Assembly (NCBI GenBank): GCA_964480085.1
Contig: CAYZPI010000008.1
Location: 585 to 64,584 of the forward strand
Source of the DNA: an uncultured Bacteroides sp.
Lineage (GTDB): Bacteria > Bacteroidota > Bacteroidia > Bacteroidales > Muribaculaceae
Direction of reading: 5' to 3'
DNA length: 64,000 nucleotides
The notes below the pieces were generated by a model that was given only the letters and a program-made list of their open reading frames with translations, had not been told where the DNA came from and ran no database searches. Within the stretch, counting starts at the first letter, position 1. Each line of letters starts with the position of its first letter. Positions 1 through 8,574 of the stretch are shown here, one piece after another. Made by a program: the position numbers and the translations under genes.

Positions 1-127
1 CTTCATTGACGGATGAAGCAAGAACATCGCGTGCAAGACCGGCACTGATGCTCTCAGCTATTTGCAGAGGAGTCACACCCTCCTCGAATTGCTTGACCGA
101 TTGGTCGGGAAATGTAATATTAATCAT
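1..127 (-). CDS. thrS: Threonyl-tRNA synthetase, N-terminal fragment (runs off the window)
   Basis: Manual translation of the minus strand from ATG at 127: [42 protein letters not shown], the typical TGS-domain N-terminus of ThrRS. Not in the ORF track. Confidence 0.9.
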   Translation of the reverse strand, partial: MINITFPDQSVKQFEEGVTPLQIAESISAGLARDVLASSVNE

Positions 128-150
128 TTAAAAACTTGTTTATCAATAAA

Positions 151-171
151 TTGCCACCTACAACGTGGCAA
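151..171 (-). promoter_or_regulatory. thrS leader hairpin resembling the tRNA-Thr(UGU) anticodon arm
   Basis: On the mRNA: UUGCCAC-GUUGUAG-GUGGCAA, a 7-bp stem with a 7-nt loop and UGU in the anticodon positions; ends 23 nt before the ATG. Confidence 0.6.
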
Positions 172-311
172 CCAACAAAAATCGGCACAAATTTACGAAT
201 TTTTTCCGGACTATTGACACACAAGTCCACCTGTAATATATAAAAATTGTTAACAATATTTATTAAATCGCTTAAATGTGGCATCTTATCCTCTTGTCCA
301 CATGACAGAAG

Positions 312-353
312 AAAAAAAACAGCCGGTTCCCGCATATTGCGGTCCCGGCTGTT
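312..353 (-). terminator. Intrinsic terminator downstream of the 441-aa gene
   Basis: ACAGCCGG..CCGCA/TGCGG..CCGGCTGT hairpin followed by a T-run on the minus strand (A8 on plus). Confidence 0.75.
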
Positions 354-420
354 GTCATATCATCTCAGAGAAATGTGATTTAGGGGAGTTCCAAGTCGCG
401 CAAGCGCCGACCTGAACTGC

Positions 421-1746
421 TTATTTCTTGAGTTCCACTTTTTTGATGACGCTGCCCAAGTTGGGGACGAGTCCCTTATTGATGGTGGGAGCATTTACGT
501 CGCCACCGCGCTTAGCAATCCTGTACACTGTTGGTTCCGGCGAAGGCTCGTATCCCTCAAGAGAATCAGGAGTAGTGTAGCGTACCACATTTACCTCGCC
601 CCATACACCATCGCCATTCTTGGCAGCAGCGATAATCACAATAGGAGTGGCTGGGTCGATTTTGTAATCATAAGAAGAAGCCTCGTACTGGAACCATCCG
701 CTCGTGGGCATCCACGGGTCGCTGCAAAGCTCCTGGATATATTTATCCGGATTCTCGTCGTAGGCGCTCTGACTTATCACATCCATGCGGTAGCAGCTTG
801 CCTGATCGTTGGGAGTATAGGATACAGTGAGGGTAGGAGCCATTTCTCCGTACCAGTCGGTAAGCTCGAATGCAACGACCTCGATGTCTACGTAAGCGTC
901 ACCGGAGCCGCCGAGTGAGGCAGTAGACACCTCGTACACCTCATAAGGAGCGAACCAGCCGTTGGCATCTGTCATGGCCACAAACACTTCATATTCAGTG
1001 TTGGGTGCCATCTGAGTCCATGTATGATCGGTTTCGCCTACACATTCGATTCCCCACGCTTTGATCATATCTGAGAAATTGGAGAAACCGAACATAGGAC
1101 CAAACATCTCATACTGCGACTGCATGGTACCTTTTTCGCCTGCCACGCACCAGTAGCTCTGAACATCATCGTTTGGTTTGAATTTAATGGAGAAAGAAGT
1201 GAGCGAAGAGTCCAACACCTCGATATCCACATGCGGATCACCGGTGATTTCAGGAGCAGGAGTGGAGAACGACGCCCTTGCCACACCTGCTTCCACGCCA
1301 TATCTGTCGACGCCAACGGTGAAGATCGTGTAGTCGCTTTCAGGATTGAGGGAAATGCCGGAAAGTGTCGCATTGGTATAGTCGTCGTACAGCACCGGCA
1401 CCATATCGGAAGGCAGACTGTTGATATAGCGGATAGCCCTCACATCGTCGGTGAGCTGCTTGGCAGTGACATCGGGAATTACAGCAAGCTTATAGTACAT
1501 ACACTCTTCGGTGCGGGTCACACTAAGAGTCATTTCCGTGAGTCCGACTTCACCAATCTCCACATTTGCGAGCACTTCGCCGTCGACACGTGCGAAAGAT
1601 ATTTCATCGAGATAATCGATCACATATCCGGTATAGTTTCCGGCTGTGTTAGTTACAAGGATACGGTTGGGGGCAGCCTCTTCGGTCTGAGCGAAAGCCG
1701 ATGCGCAAGTCATGACAGCGGCAAGGAGTATGGATGTTTTTTTCAT
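421..1746 (-). CDS. Secreted protein with three fibronectin type III-like repeats, no recognisable T9SS CTD
   Basis: Sec signal peptide (..SAFA/QT). Three repeats starting V(E/D)I and ending in P-x-(S/T)-x-Y/P-like strands followed by D/N-x-x-G (PESDYTIFTVGVDRYG, PNTEYEVFVAMTDANG, PATPIVIIAAAKNGDG). Confidence 0.7.
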   Translation of the reverse strand: MKKTSILLAAVMTCASAFAQTEEAAPNRILVTNTAGNYTGYVIDYLDEISFARVDGEVLANVEIGEVGLTEMTLSVTRTEECMYYKLAVIPDVTAKQLTDDVRAIRYINSLPSDMVPVLYDDYTNATLSGISLNPESDYTIFTVGVDRYGVEAGVARASFSTPAPEITGDPHVDIEVLDSSLTSFSIKFKPNDDVQSYWCVAGEKGTMQSQYEMFGPMFGFSNFSDMIKAWGIECVGETDHTWTQMAPNTEYEVFVAMTDANGWFAPYEVYEVSTASLGGSGDAYVDIEVVAFELTDWYGEMAPTLTVSYTPNDQASCYRMDVISQSAYDENPDKYIQELCSDPWMPTSGWFQYEASSYDYKIDPATPIVIIAAAKNGDGVWGEVNVVRYTTPDSLEGYEPSPEPTVYRIAKRGGDVNAPTINKGLVPNLGSVIKKVELKK

Positions 1747-1762
1747 TATTATTCAGGTTATA

Positions 1763-2263
1763 TTATTTCTTAATGAATTTGAGTGTAACTTTATCGACAG
1801 TGACGAGATATAGTCCGGGCGCAAGATAGCCGACATTTATGGGTTCGCCATTCCAGTCCTTTGCGCTGTATCTCACCACACCCTTGATATCGGTTATGGT
1901 CAACGATGCGGGATCGGCAGGATACGCCTTGAATTCAAGGAATTCCGACACGGGATTCTGAAGGAGAAGGAGCTGACAGTCAGAGGAGGCGCCCTCTATT
2001 CCGGAAAGCTGGTCGTAGCTGAAGGCAATGGAATGTTTGCCACTGTAGTTGAACACAGCCTGCAATTGCTCGCAATTCATTACCTCAACTCCCTTGTCAG
2101 AGAAGATCAGCCTGCTGTCCATCGACACAGGAGCCTCAGCGACAATCTGCCCGTCAGCATCCTTGGCCACCACGGAAAGCTGGCTGGTCTGTGCCGATGC
2201 ACTGACAGAAGCAACGGCAAAGGCTGACCCCAATAGGATTCTTGTAGTTTTTTTCATTATCAT
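1763..2263 (-). CDS. Small T9SS type A sorting-domain protein (start may be ATG 2257)
   Basis: Signal peptide; C-terminal CTD: NPV...ITDIKG...INVGYLAPGLYLVTV...TLKFIKK. Confidence 0.85.
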   Translation of the reverse strand: MIMKKTTRILLGSAFAVASVSASAQTSQLSVVAKDADGQIVAEAPVSMDSRLIFSDKGVEVMNCEQLQAVFNYSGKHSIAFSYDQLSGIEGASSDCQLLLLQNPVSEFLEFKAYPADPASLTITDIKGVVRYSAKDWNGEPINVGYLAPGLYLVTVDKVTLKFIKK

Positions 2264-2334
2264 TCAATTAGATGTACTATTTCATTTTGTTTAAAATCAT
2301 TCGATTTTCGAAGCATTTTAAAATCAATTCCCTG

Positions 2335-2366
2335 CAAAAGTAATACTTTTTCTATGAATTCACAAA
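2335..2366 (-). promoter_or_regulatory. Bacteroidetes sigma-A promoter for the T9SS/Fn3 gene pair
   Basis: Minus strand TTTG-N20-TACTTTTG, matching the TTTG/TAnnTTTG consensus. Confidence 0.7.
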
Positions 2367-2473
2367 TTTTTAATAGTTTTTGATAATTTTTATTCATCAC
2401 GCTCTCACGAATCCCAAAATCATGATAAATAATCCTGATCCACACTTTGTCAGACAGGATATAGCTCCGGCAC

Positions 2474-2504
2474 TTTGTTACATCGGCAAAAATCTTTACC
2501 TTTG
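2474..2504 (+). promoter_or_regulatory. Bacteroidetes sigma-A promoter for the YfiH/PgeF gene
   Basis: TTTG-N19-TACCTTTG; implies a start at ATG 2532, not 2475. Confidence 0.7.
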
Positions 2505-2531
2505 CCAATAGAATCAATATCCACAAAAGAG

Positions 2532-3242
2532 ATGGAAATATCAGAAGATTGGGGCTGCAAAATTGAAAAAGAAATGCTCTGCGAGGATAAAGACATATCC
2601 GGGGGTTGCCTGATGGCAGCCGATGCAGAGTGTGATGTGGACCTGCGCACTGTGCTGAGCGGCACAGTCACGATCCCACGCCAGACACATTCGCTTAATG
2701 TCGGGATAGTGAAGCACAGCGGAGAGGTGTTCCCGGATACCGACGCGATCCTGTGCTTCACCGCCGGTGTTCCCGTTGGAGTGGTCACCGCCGACTGTGT
2801 GCCCATCCTCATCCATGCCCCGGACATAAGGTGTGTCGGAGCCATCCATGCCGGATGGCGCGCCACATTGGGAGGAATAGTGGAAAAGGCGCTCGACTTG
2901 CTTGAAGAAGAAGGAGCCGACATAGGAAAAATGCGAGTATACTTCGGACCCTCTATAAGCCAGACCAATTACGAAGTAGACGGAGAGCTTGCCGGAAAAT
3001 TCCAAGCTGAGGGATTCTCCAAATATGTCGTCACTCCAGAAATGGGCTCACAACCGCACATCGACCTGCAGGGAATCAACGCACATCGCTTCATGCTCAG
3101 AGGAGTGAGGGCAGAAAACATACATCTCCATCCCGGATGCACCTACGCCAGCCGGAATGGAGACAGTAAGCCAAGATATCAGAGCCACCGGCGGAGCAAG
3201 GGCAACCCCGGAAGAATGGTGACGTACATCGAGATGCACTAA
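2532..3242 (+). CDS. pgeF: YfiH/PgeF family protein (laccase-domain / purine nucleoside phosphorylase; peptidoglycan editing factor)
   Basis: QTHS, TADCVPIL, AIHAGWR, GPSI, HIDL and SHRR motifs. Confidence 0.85.
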   Translation: MEISEDWGCKIEKEMLCEDKDISGGCLMAADAECDVDLRTVLSGTVTIPRQTHSLNVGIVKHSGEVFPDTDAILCFTAGVPVGVVTADCVPILIHAPDIRCVGAIHAGWRATLGGIVEKALDLLEEEGADIGKMRVYFGPSISQTNYEVDGELAGKFQAEGFSKYVVTPEMGSQPHIDLQGINAHRFMLRGVRAENIHLHPGCTYASRNGDSKPRYQSHRRSKGNPGRMVTYIEMH

Positions 3243-3256
3243 GCAGCGAACACCGG

Positions 3257-3823
3257 TTATTTCTTGAGCCGGAGGCCGTCGTGGAAGGCAGCTCCTACAC
3301 GGCTGCCAAGCTGGATGTAACCGTTGTGGATCGGGTCGAAAGTGATGATCTGCATCTTCTCCACATCCGGCTTGCCATCCTCGGCCAAATATTTCTCATC
3401 GCACACGATGTTGAGTATCTCAGCCACCATATAGAACCCTGTCTCGGATTCGTGCAATTTCTCCTTTATACGACACTCCAATGTCATGGGGAAACAGTCG
3501 AACACCGGGGCATCGACAGTCTCTGCTTTGGAATAGCTCCAGCCCGTGGTTTTGATTTTGCCGGGATTTTTACGTCCGCTTTCCACACCCACATAGTCGG
3601 CGGCCACCAGGGTATCGGTAGTGGCGAAAGCCACGGTGAACTCGCCAAGGCGATTGAGGTTGTCGGTGGTGGCATGCGAACCAAGCGAGACGAACAACTC
3701 CTTGAAATCCCATTGTCCGCCCCATGCGGCATTCATGGCGTTGGGTGTGCCATCGGCATTGTATGTGCCGATTATCAGCACGGGTTGTGGAAGAATCCAC
3801 GCATTAGGTTTGAAACTTTTCAT
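3257..3823 (-). CDS. Flavin reductase family protein (flavoredoxin-like)
   Basis: PQPVLIIGTYNADGTPNAMNAAWGG, DYVGVESGR and LECRI motifs. Confidence 0.85.
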   Translation of the reverse strand: MKSFKPNAWILPQPVLIIGTYNADGTPNAMNAAWGGQWDFKELFVSLGSHATTDNLNRLGEFTVAFATTDTLVAADYVGVESGRKNPGKIKTTGWSYSKAETVDAPVFDCFPMTLECRIKEKLHESETGFYMVAEILNIVCDEKYLAEDGKPDVEKMQIITFDPIHNGYIQLGSRVGAAFHDGLRLKK

Positions 3824-3902
3824 TTTCTTACATATTTTTGTGGTCTGTTTTTATAACGCATCACCACAATTATTGTTTAAAAAAGTAAATTCGCTGTTTA
3901 AG

Positions 3903-3933
3903 ATTGTAAATAGCAAAAATTTTCGTATCTTTG
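3903..3933 (+). promoter_or_regulatory. Promoter for the dedA-rpe-ftsK-lolA run
   Basis: ATTG-N19-TATCTTTG. Confidence 0.55.
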
Positions 3934-3973
3934 CGCCTTGGAAAAACTATCCTGTTAAAACTGAAAGCATACA

Positions 3974-4663
3974 ATGACTGATCTACTCATCACTCTGTCG
4001 ATATTCGATGCGGCACAGTTCTTCAATTGGTTCGTCGAGCACGCCAACTACCTGTTTGTATTCGTGTTCATGGTGATAGAAAGCTCGTTCATACCCTTCC
4101 CTTCGGAAGTGGTGGTGCCTCCGGCGGCGTATATAGCCTGCACCAATGTAGGGGCCGGCTCCGACATGAACATCTACATGGTGGTGGTGGCGGCCACCCT
4201 CGGAGCTCTCGCCGGCGCCTTTGTCAACTACTACCTGTCGCTATGGATTGGCAGGCCGATAGTGTACAAGTTCGTCAACAGTCGTATTGGCCACGCCTGC
4301 CTGATCAATCAGGAGAAGGTAGAGAAGGCTGAGAAATATTTCGATGAACACGGAGCAGTGTCAACCTTTGTAGGACGTCTGATCCCGGCAATCCGTCAGC
4401 TTATATCCATTCCCGCAGGACTTTCGAGGATGAACGTGGGAGTGTTCGCCATATTCACTGCATTGGGAGCTCTGGTGTGGAATACCGTACTTGCCTTGCT
4501 CGGCTATTGGTTGTCGCGCAGCGTGTCGCCTGACGATCTTTTCGCCAAGGTAGAGGAATACAACACTTATCTGACCTACGTGGGATACGGTATCGCCGCT
4601 GTGTGCGTGGTCATAATCCTGTGGAATGCTTTCAAACCCAAAAGCAGCAGTCCGCAAAAATGA
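3974..4663 (+). CDS. DedA family membrane protein
   Basis: IESSFIPFPSEVVVPPA and GRLIPAIRQLISIPAG motifs; hydrophobic segments. Confidence 0.92.
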   Translation: MTDLLITLSIFDAAQFFNWFVEHANYLFVFVFMVIESSFIPFPSEVVVPPAAYIACTNVGAGSDMNIYMVVVAATLGALAGAFVNYYLSLWIGRPIVYKFVNSRIGHACLINQEKVEKAEKYFDEHGAVSTFVGRLIPAIRQLISIPAGLSRMNVGVFAIFTALGALVWNTVLALLGYWLSRSVSPDDLFAKVEEYNTYLTYVGYGIAAVCVVIILWNAFKPKSSSPQK

Positions 4664-4709
4664 AGAAAAACGACACCTTTGGGGTAGAAAAACTGTAATC
4701 GCACATATT

Positions 4710-5354
4710 ATGATTATATCACCATCAATACTGGCAGCAGATTTCGGCAATCTCGCCCGTGACATCGAGATGCTCAACCGCAGCGAAGCCGACATGATAC
4801 ATGTGGATGTGATGGACGGAGTGTTCGTGCCCAACATATCATTCGGATTTCCCGTGATAAATGCGGTGAACAAAGTGGCTGAAAAACCGCTTGACGTGCA
4901 TCTGATGATAGTGGAGCCGCAGAACTACGTGAGCCGTGTGCGCGACTGCGGCGCCAGAATAATGAACGTCCATCAGGAAGCCTGCACCCATCTGCACCGC
5001 ACAGTGCAATCCATAAAGGATGCAGGGATGCTGGCAGCCGTCACCCTCAACCCTGCCACCCCGGTGGAGATGCTGCGTGATATCATCGGCGAACTTCACA
5101 TGGTGCTTCTGATGAGTGTGAATCCCGGATTCGGAGGACAGAAGTTCATCGTCCAGACTCTCGACAGGGTGCGTCGCCTGAAGAAGCTTATCAATGATGC
5201 CGGCTCAGAGACCCTGATTGAGATCGACGGCGGAGTGAACCTGGATACCGGCCGACAACTTGCCGAAGCGGGAGCCGACGTGTTGGTGGCAGGAAGTGCC
5301 GTATTCAAGGCAGAGAATCCGCAGGAATACATAAGACAACTCAAAAGACTATAG
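4710..5354 (+). CDS. rpe: Ribulose-phosphate 3-epimerase
   Basis: ISPSILAADF, HVDVMDGVFVPN, DVHLMI, MSVNPGFGGQ and IEIDGGV; start moved to ATG 4710. Confidence 0.96.
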   Translation: MIISPSILAADFGNLARDIEMLNRSEADMIHVDVMDGVFVPNISFGFPVINAVNKVAEKPLDVHLMIVEPQNYVSRVRDCGARIMNVHQEACTHLHRTVQSIKDAGMLAAVTLNPATPVEMLRDIIGELHMVLLMSVNPGFGGQKFIVQTLDRVRRLKKLINDAGSETLIEIDGGVNLDTGRQLAEAGADVLVAGSAVFKAENPQEYIRQLKRL

Positions 5355-5407
5355 CAAAAGGTGACAACCACCTCTAACGAAGACCCGTACAACAAGCAGA
5401 TTATTAT

Positions 5408-8400
5408 ATGGATGATTTCGATCTTGATATAGACGGCTACACACCCGACGAGAGGCTTCAAAGCCAGCAGCCCTACCATCCGTCCTATGGTAATGCACCT
5501 GGTCAGTACACCAATCAGTTCGGCGAGACGCCCTATCGCCCGGTGACGGAAGAGACTCTACCTCAAAAAGCTGAGACAGAACCTGAGCCAGAGACCCTTC
5601 CCCGCGCAGATGTGGAGACACCTGCCAAGCCTGTCCAGCAGCCCAAAAGAGAAGAACCGGCAAAGTCCAGACCCAAAAATCAGCAGAAAAAGACAGCCGA
5701 GGAAAAGGCAGCTGAGGAAGAGGCAAAAGAACGTGCCCGCCAGCAGCGCCGCGAGGAGCGCGAGCGCCGTTTACGCGAGCTGAAAGGTGAAAAGAAAGAA
5801 CGGACCACACCGAAAGTATTCAAAAAAATCTCCGATACATTCACATCGGAAGGCATGCGCATATTCATAGGTACGGCTCTTCTCTTCATAAGTATCTTCA
5901 TGACGATTGCCGTGATATCGCATTTCCACTCAGGAGCCCACGACCAGAGCGTAACGAACAACCTCACAATATCCCAGATTGCCGAACAGCCAAACATAAT
6001 TGAGAACACGGCGGGAGGTTTTGGTGCATGGCTGTCGAAAGTGCTTCTGTGCGATGCTTTGGGTCTCGGATCTCTGGTGCTGATCGTGTATCTGTGGGTC
6101 ATGGCCCTCAATCTTTTCGGTGTGAGAAAATGCCAGTTCTGGGGTACGACATTCCGATGTCTGCTTGTGGCTGTCGCTATCTCAGTGGTGTTAGGTCTCG
6201 TCACCTTCAATTGGAAAACAGAGATATACTGGGGCGGTAACCACGGACACTATGTGAACAAATACCTGCTCGAACGCACCACATGGATAGGCGCGCTGAT
6301 GGTGTCGGCTCTTCTTGTGGTGGCGGTATGCTGCGTGTACATCAACGAGCTGCGCCAGATATGGAAGAAATGGCGCGCCAGCGTGGAGCGGCGGCGTCTG
6401 CAGGATGAGCTGCGCCGCGAGCGTCAGCGCGAACTCGACCGGCTTGAGGAGGAGGAACGCGTAGAAAGAGAGCAAGAATTGCAGAAGCAACGCCAGCAGC
6501 AAACCTTAGAGAGAGAAGCTGCCGTCATGGAGCCTCAGAAGAAATCCACCACATTGTCCATAAAGTCGATAGCCGAGAAATTCACAATTTCCAAGGGAGA
6601 GGAAGCACCCCACAAACACCAGGATGACGTACAACCCTCCCGGCCCCAGGTAGCACCGGTCAGGGACAAGGATCCGGAATTCGTGATCAATACCCCGGCA
6701 TCGCCTGCGCCCGAACCTGCCGAACCCACCGTTCCGAATGACGATGTGATGTTCGTAATCGACCCGGAAAACAACAGCACTCCCCCAGCCACAGAAGACG
6801 ACATGGGTAAGGAGATGGCAGACATTCCTGCCACTGCCAACAATGGCACAATATCCACAATCGACGATAATTTCTCCATAACTGTGCCCACAATCGAGGA
6901 AGCTGTGGATATCCCCGCGGAGCCCGAGCACGCAACCGGACCATACGATCACCGTGCGGAACTTTCACGCTACAAATTCCCTACTATCGATCTTCTTGAG
7001 GACCGACCGTCGGGGGCTAAAATCGACATGGCAGAGCAGCAAGCCAACAAAGAGCGCATCGAGAAGACCCTTCTCGACTACAAGATTCCTATCTCAAGAA
7101 TCGAAGCCACCGTAGGACCTACCGTGACGCTCTACGAGATCGTGCCGGCCGAAGGCATCCGCATATCGCAGATCAAACGCCTGGAGGATGATATAGCCCT
7201 GTCGCTCTCTGCCCTGGGCATACGTATCATAGCGCCTATTCCGGGAAAAGGCACAGTAGGTATAGAGGTGCCTAACAACGACCCGCAGTCGGTGTCGATC
7301 CGTGCGGTGCTGAGCTCGCGCAAATATCAGGAGTGCAAGATGGCTCTTCCGATGGCCATGGGAGCTACTATCTCCAACGACATATTTATCGCCGACCTTG
7401 CCAAAATGCCTCACCTGCTTGTGGCGGGTGCCACGGGTATGGGTAAGTCAGTGGGCCTGAATACCATTCTCGCATCACTCCTCTACAAGAAACATCCGTC
7501 GGAACTGAAATTCGTGCTTGTCGACCCGAAAATGGTGGAATTCAGCCTCTACAGCAAGCTTGAACGTCACTATCTCGCCAAGCTTCCCAACGAGGAGGAT
7601 GCCATCATCACCGACATGAACAAGGTGATACAGACACTCAACTCGCTATGCGTGGAGATGGACAGCCGCTACGAGCTGCTCCGCAACGCCAACGTGCGCT
7701 CTCTTGAGGAATACAACCGCAAATTCACCGAGCGCAAGCTCAACCCCAACGACGGACACAAGTATCTGCCGTATATCGTGGTGGTGGTCGACGAGTTCGC
7801 CGACCTTATCATGACACAGGGCAAGGAAGTGGAGACCCCCATATCGCGCATCGCCCAGAAAGCGCGAGCAGTAGGCATGCACATGATTCTTGCCACACAG
7901 CGTCCGTCAACCAACGTGATCACCGGCCTGATCAAGGCCAATTTCCCCGGACGAATAGCATTCCGTGTAATCCAGATGGTGGACAGCCGTACAATCCTCG
8001 ACTGCCCCGGAGCCAACCAGCTTATAGGCCGTGGCGACATGCTCTTCTCCCACAACGGCAGCATGGAGCGTGTGCAGTGCGCCTTCATATCCACTGAGGA
8101 AGTGGAGGCAATCACCGAATTCATCGACAATCAGATAGGTTACGAACATGCCTACCACTTGCCTGAATATGTGCCTGAAGAAGCCGAAGGCGGAGTGATA
8201 GCAGGCGCGTCGACCGAACGCGATGCCCTTTTCGACGAGGCGGCCCGCTTCGTGGTAAGCCGCCAGATGGGCAGTACATCATCGCTACAGCGGCAGTTCG
8301 GTATCGGCTACAACCGTGCCGGCAAACTGATGGACCAGATGGAAGCCGCCGGCATAGTAGGTCCGGTGAACGGAGCAAAACCCCGCAACATCCTTGTGGA

Positions 8401-8437
8401 CATGATAACCCTCGAAAGCATCCTCGGACAAGGATAG
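5408..8437 (+). CDS. ftsK: DNA translocase FtsK/SpoIIIE
   Basis: 4TM N-region, Walker A GATGMGKS, VVDEFADL, ATQRPS, gamma domain IGYNRAGKLMDQME. Confidence 0.96.
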   Translation: MDDFDLDIDGYTPDERLQSQQPYHPSYGNAPGQYTNQFGETPYRPVTEETLPQKAETEPEPETLPRADVETPAKPVQQPKREEPAKSRPKNQQKKTAEEKAAEEEAKERARQQRREERERRLRELKGEKKERTTPKVFKKISDTFTSEGMRIFIGTALLFISIFMTIAVISHFHSGAHDQSVTNNLTISQIAEQPNIIENTAGGFGAWLSKVLLCDALGLGSLVLIVYLWVMALNLFGVRKCQFWGTTFRCLLVAVAISVVLGLVTFNWKTEIYWGGNHGHYVNKYLLERTTWIGALMVSALLVVAVCCVYINELRQIWKKWRASVERRRLQDELRRERQRELDRLEEEERVEREQELQKQRQQQTLEREAAVMEPQKKSTTLSIKSIAEKFTISKGEEAPHKHQDDVQPSRPQVAPVRDKDPEFVINTPASPAPEPAEPTVPNDDVMFVIDPENNSTPPATEDDMGKEMADIPATANNGTISTIDDNFSITVPTIEEAVDIPAEPEHATGPYDHRAELSRYKFPTIDLLEDRPSGAKIDMAEQQANKERIEKTLLDYKIPISRIEATVGPTVTLYEIVPAEGIRISQIKRLEDDIALSLSALGIRIIAPIPGKGTVGIEVPNNDPQSVSIRAVLSSRKYQECKMALPMAMGATISNDIFIADLAKMPHLLVAGATGMGKSVGLNTILASLLYKKHPSELKFVLVDPKMVEFSLYSKLERHYLAKLPNEEDAIITDMNKVIQTLNSLCVEMDSRYELLRNANVRSLEEYNRKFTERKLNPNDGHKYLPYIVVVVDEFADLIMTQGKEVETPISRIAQKARAVGMHMILATQRPSTNVITGLIKANFPGRIAFRVIQMVDSRTILDCPGANQLIGRGDMLFSHNGSMERVQCAFISTEEVEAITEFIDNQIGYEHAYHLPEYVPEEAEGGVIAGASTERDALFDEAARFVVSRQMGSTSSLQRQFGIGYNRAGKLMDQMEAAGIVGPVNGAKPRNILVDMITLESILGQG

Positions 8438-8567
8438 GTGATAAGTGATAGTGAATAGTGAATAAGTGGTCTACACTTATGGATTGTTCACTGCAACTTA
8501 TCACCTGTTCTCACCATCGACCCATTACCTATCAACTATTCCTTATTCACTGTTCACTATTACCTAT
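8434..8567. repeat. Inverted heptamer-repeat arrays (GTGAATA/GTGAACA family)
   Basis: Left arm ATAGGTGATAAGTGATAGTGAATAGTGAATAAG; right arm CTTATTCACTGTTCACTATTACCTAT. Related copies at 16695, 21078 and 45871. Confidence 0.75.
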
Positions 8568-8574
8568 AACTTAT

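Noticed and set aside
120-335. 71-aa minus-strand ORF
   Set aside because: It spans a terminator, the promoter and the thrS leader, and overlaps the thrS start in another frame; no recognisable motifs.
2260-2531. 88-aa ORF and the extended YfiH start at 2475
   Set aside because: This is an AT-rich divergent promoter region, and the consensus promoter lies inside the proposed extension.
8434-8567. Heptamer arrays as a CRISPR array
   Set aside because: The 7-nt period has no unique spacers, and there are no cas genes.
8458-8574. N-terminal extension of the LolA-like ORF
   Set aside because: It is a translation of the heptamer repeat; the signal peptide starts at 8575.
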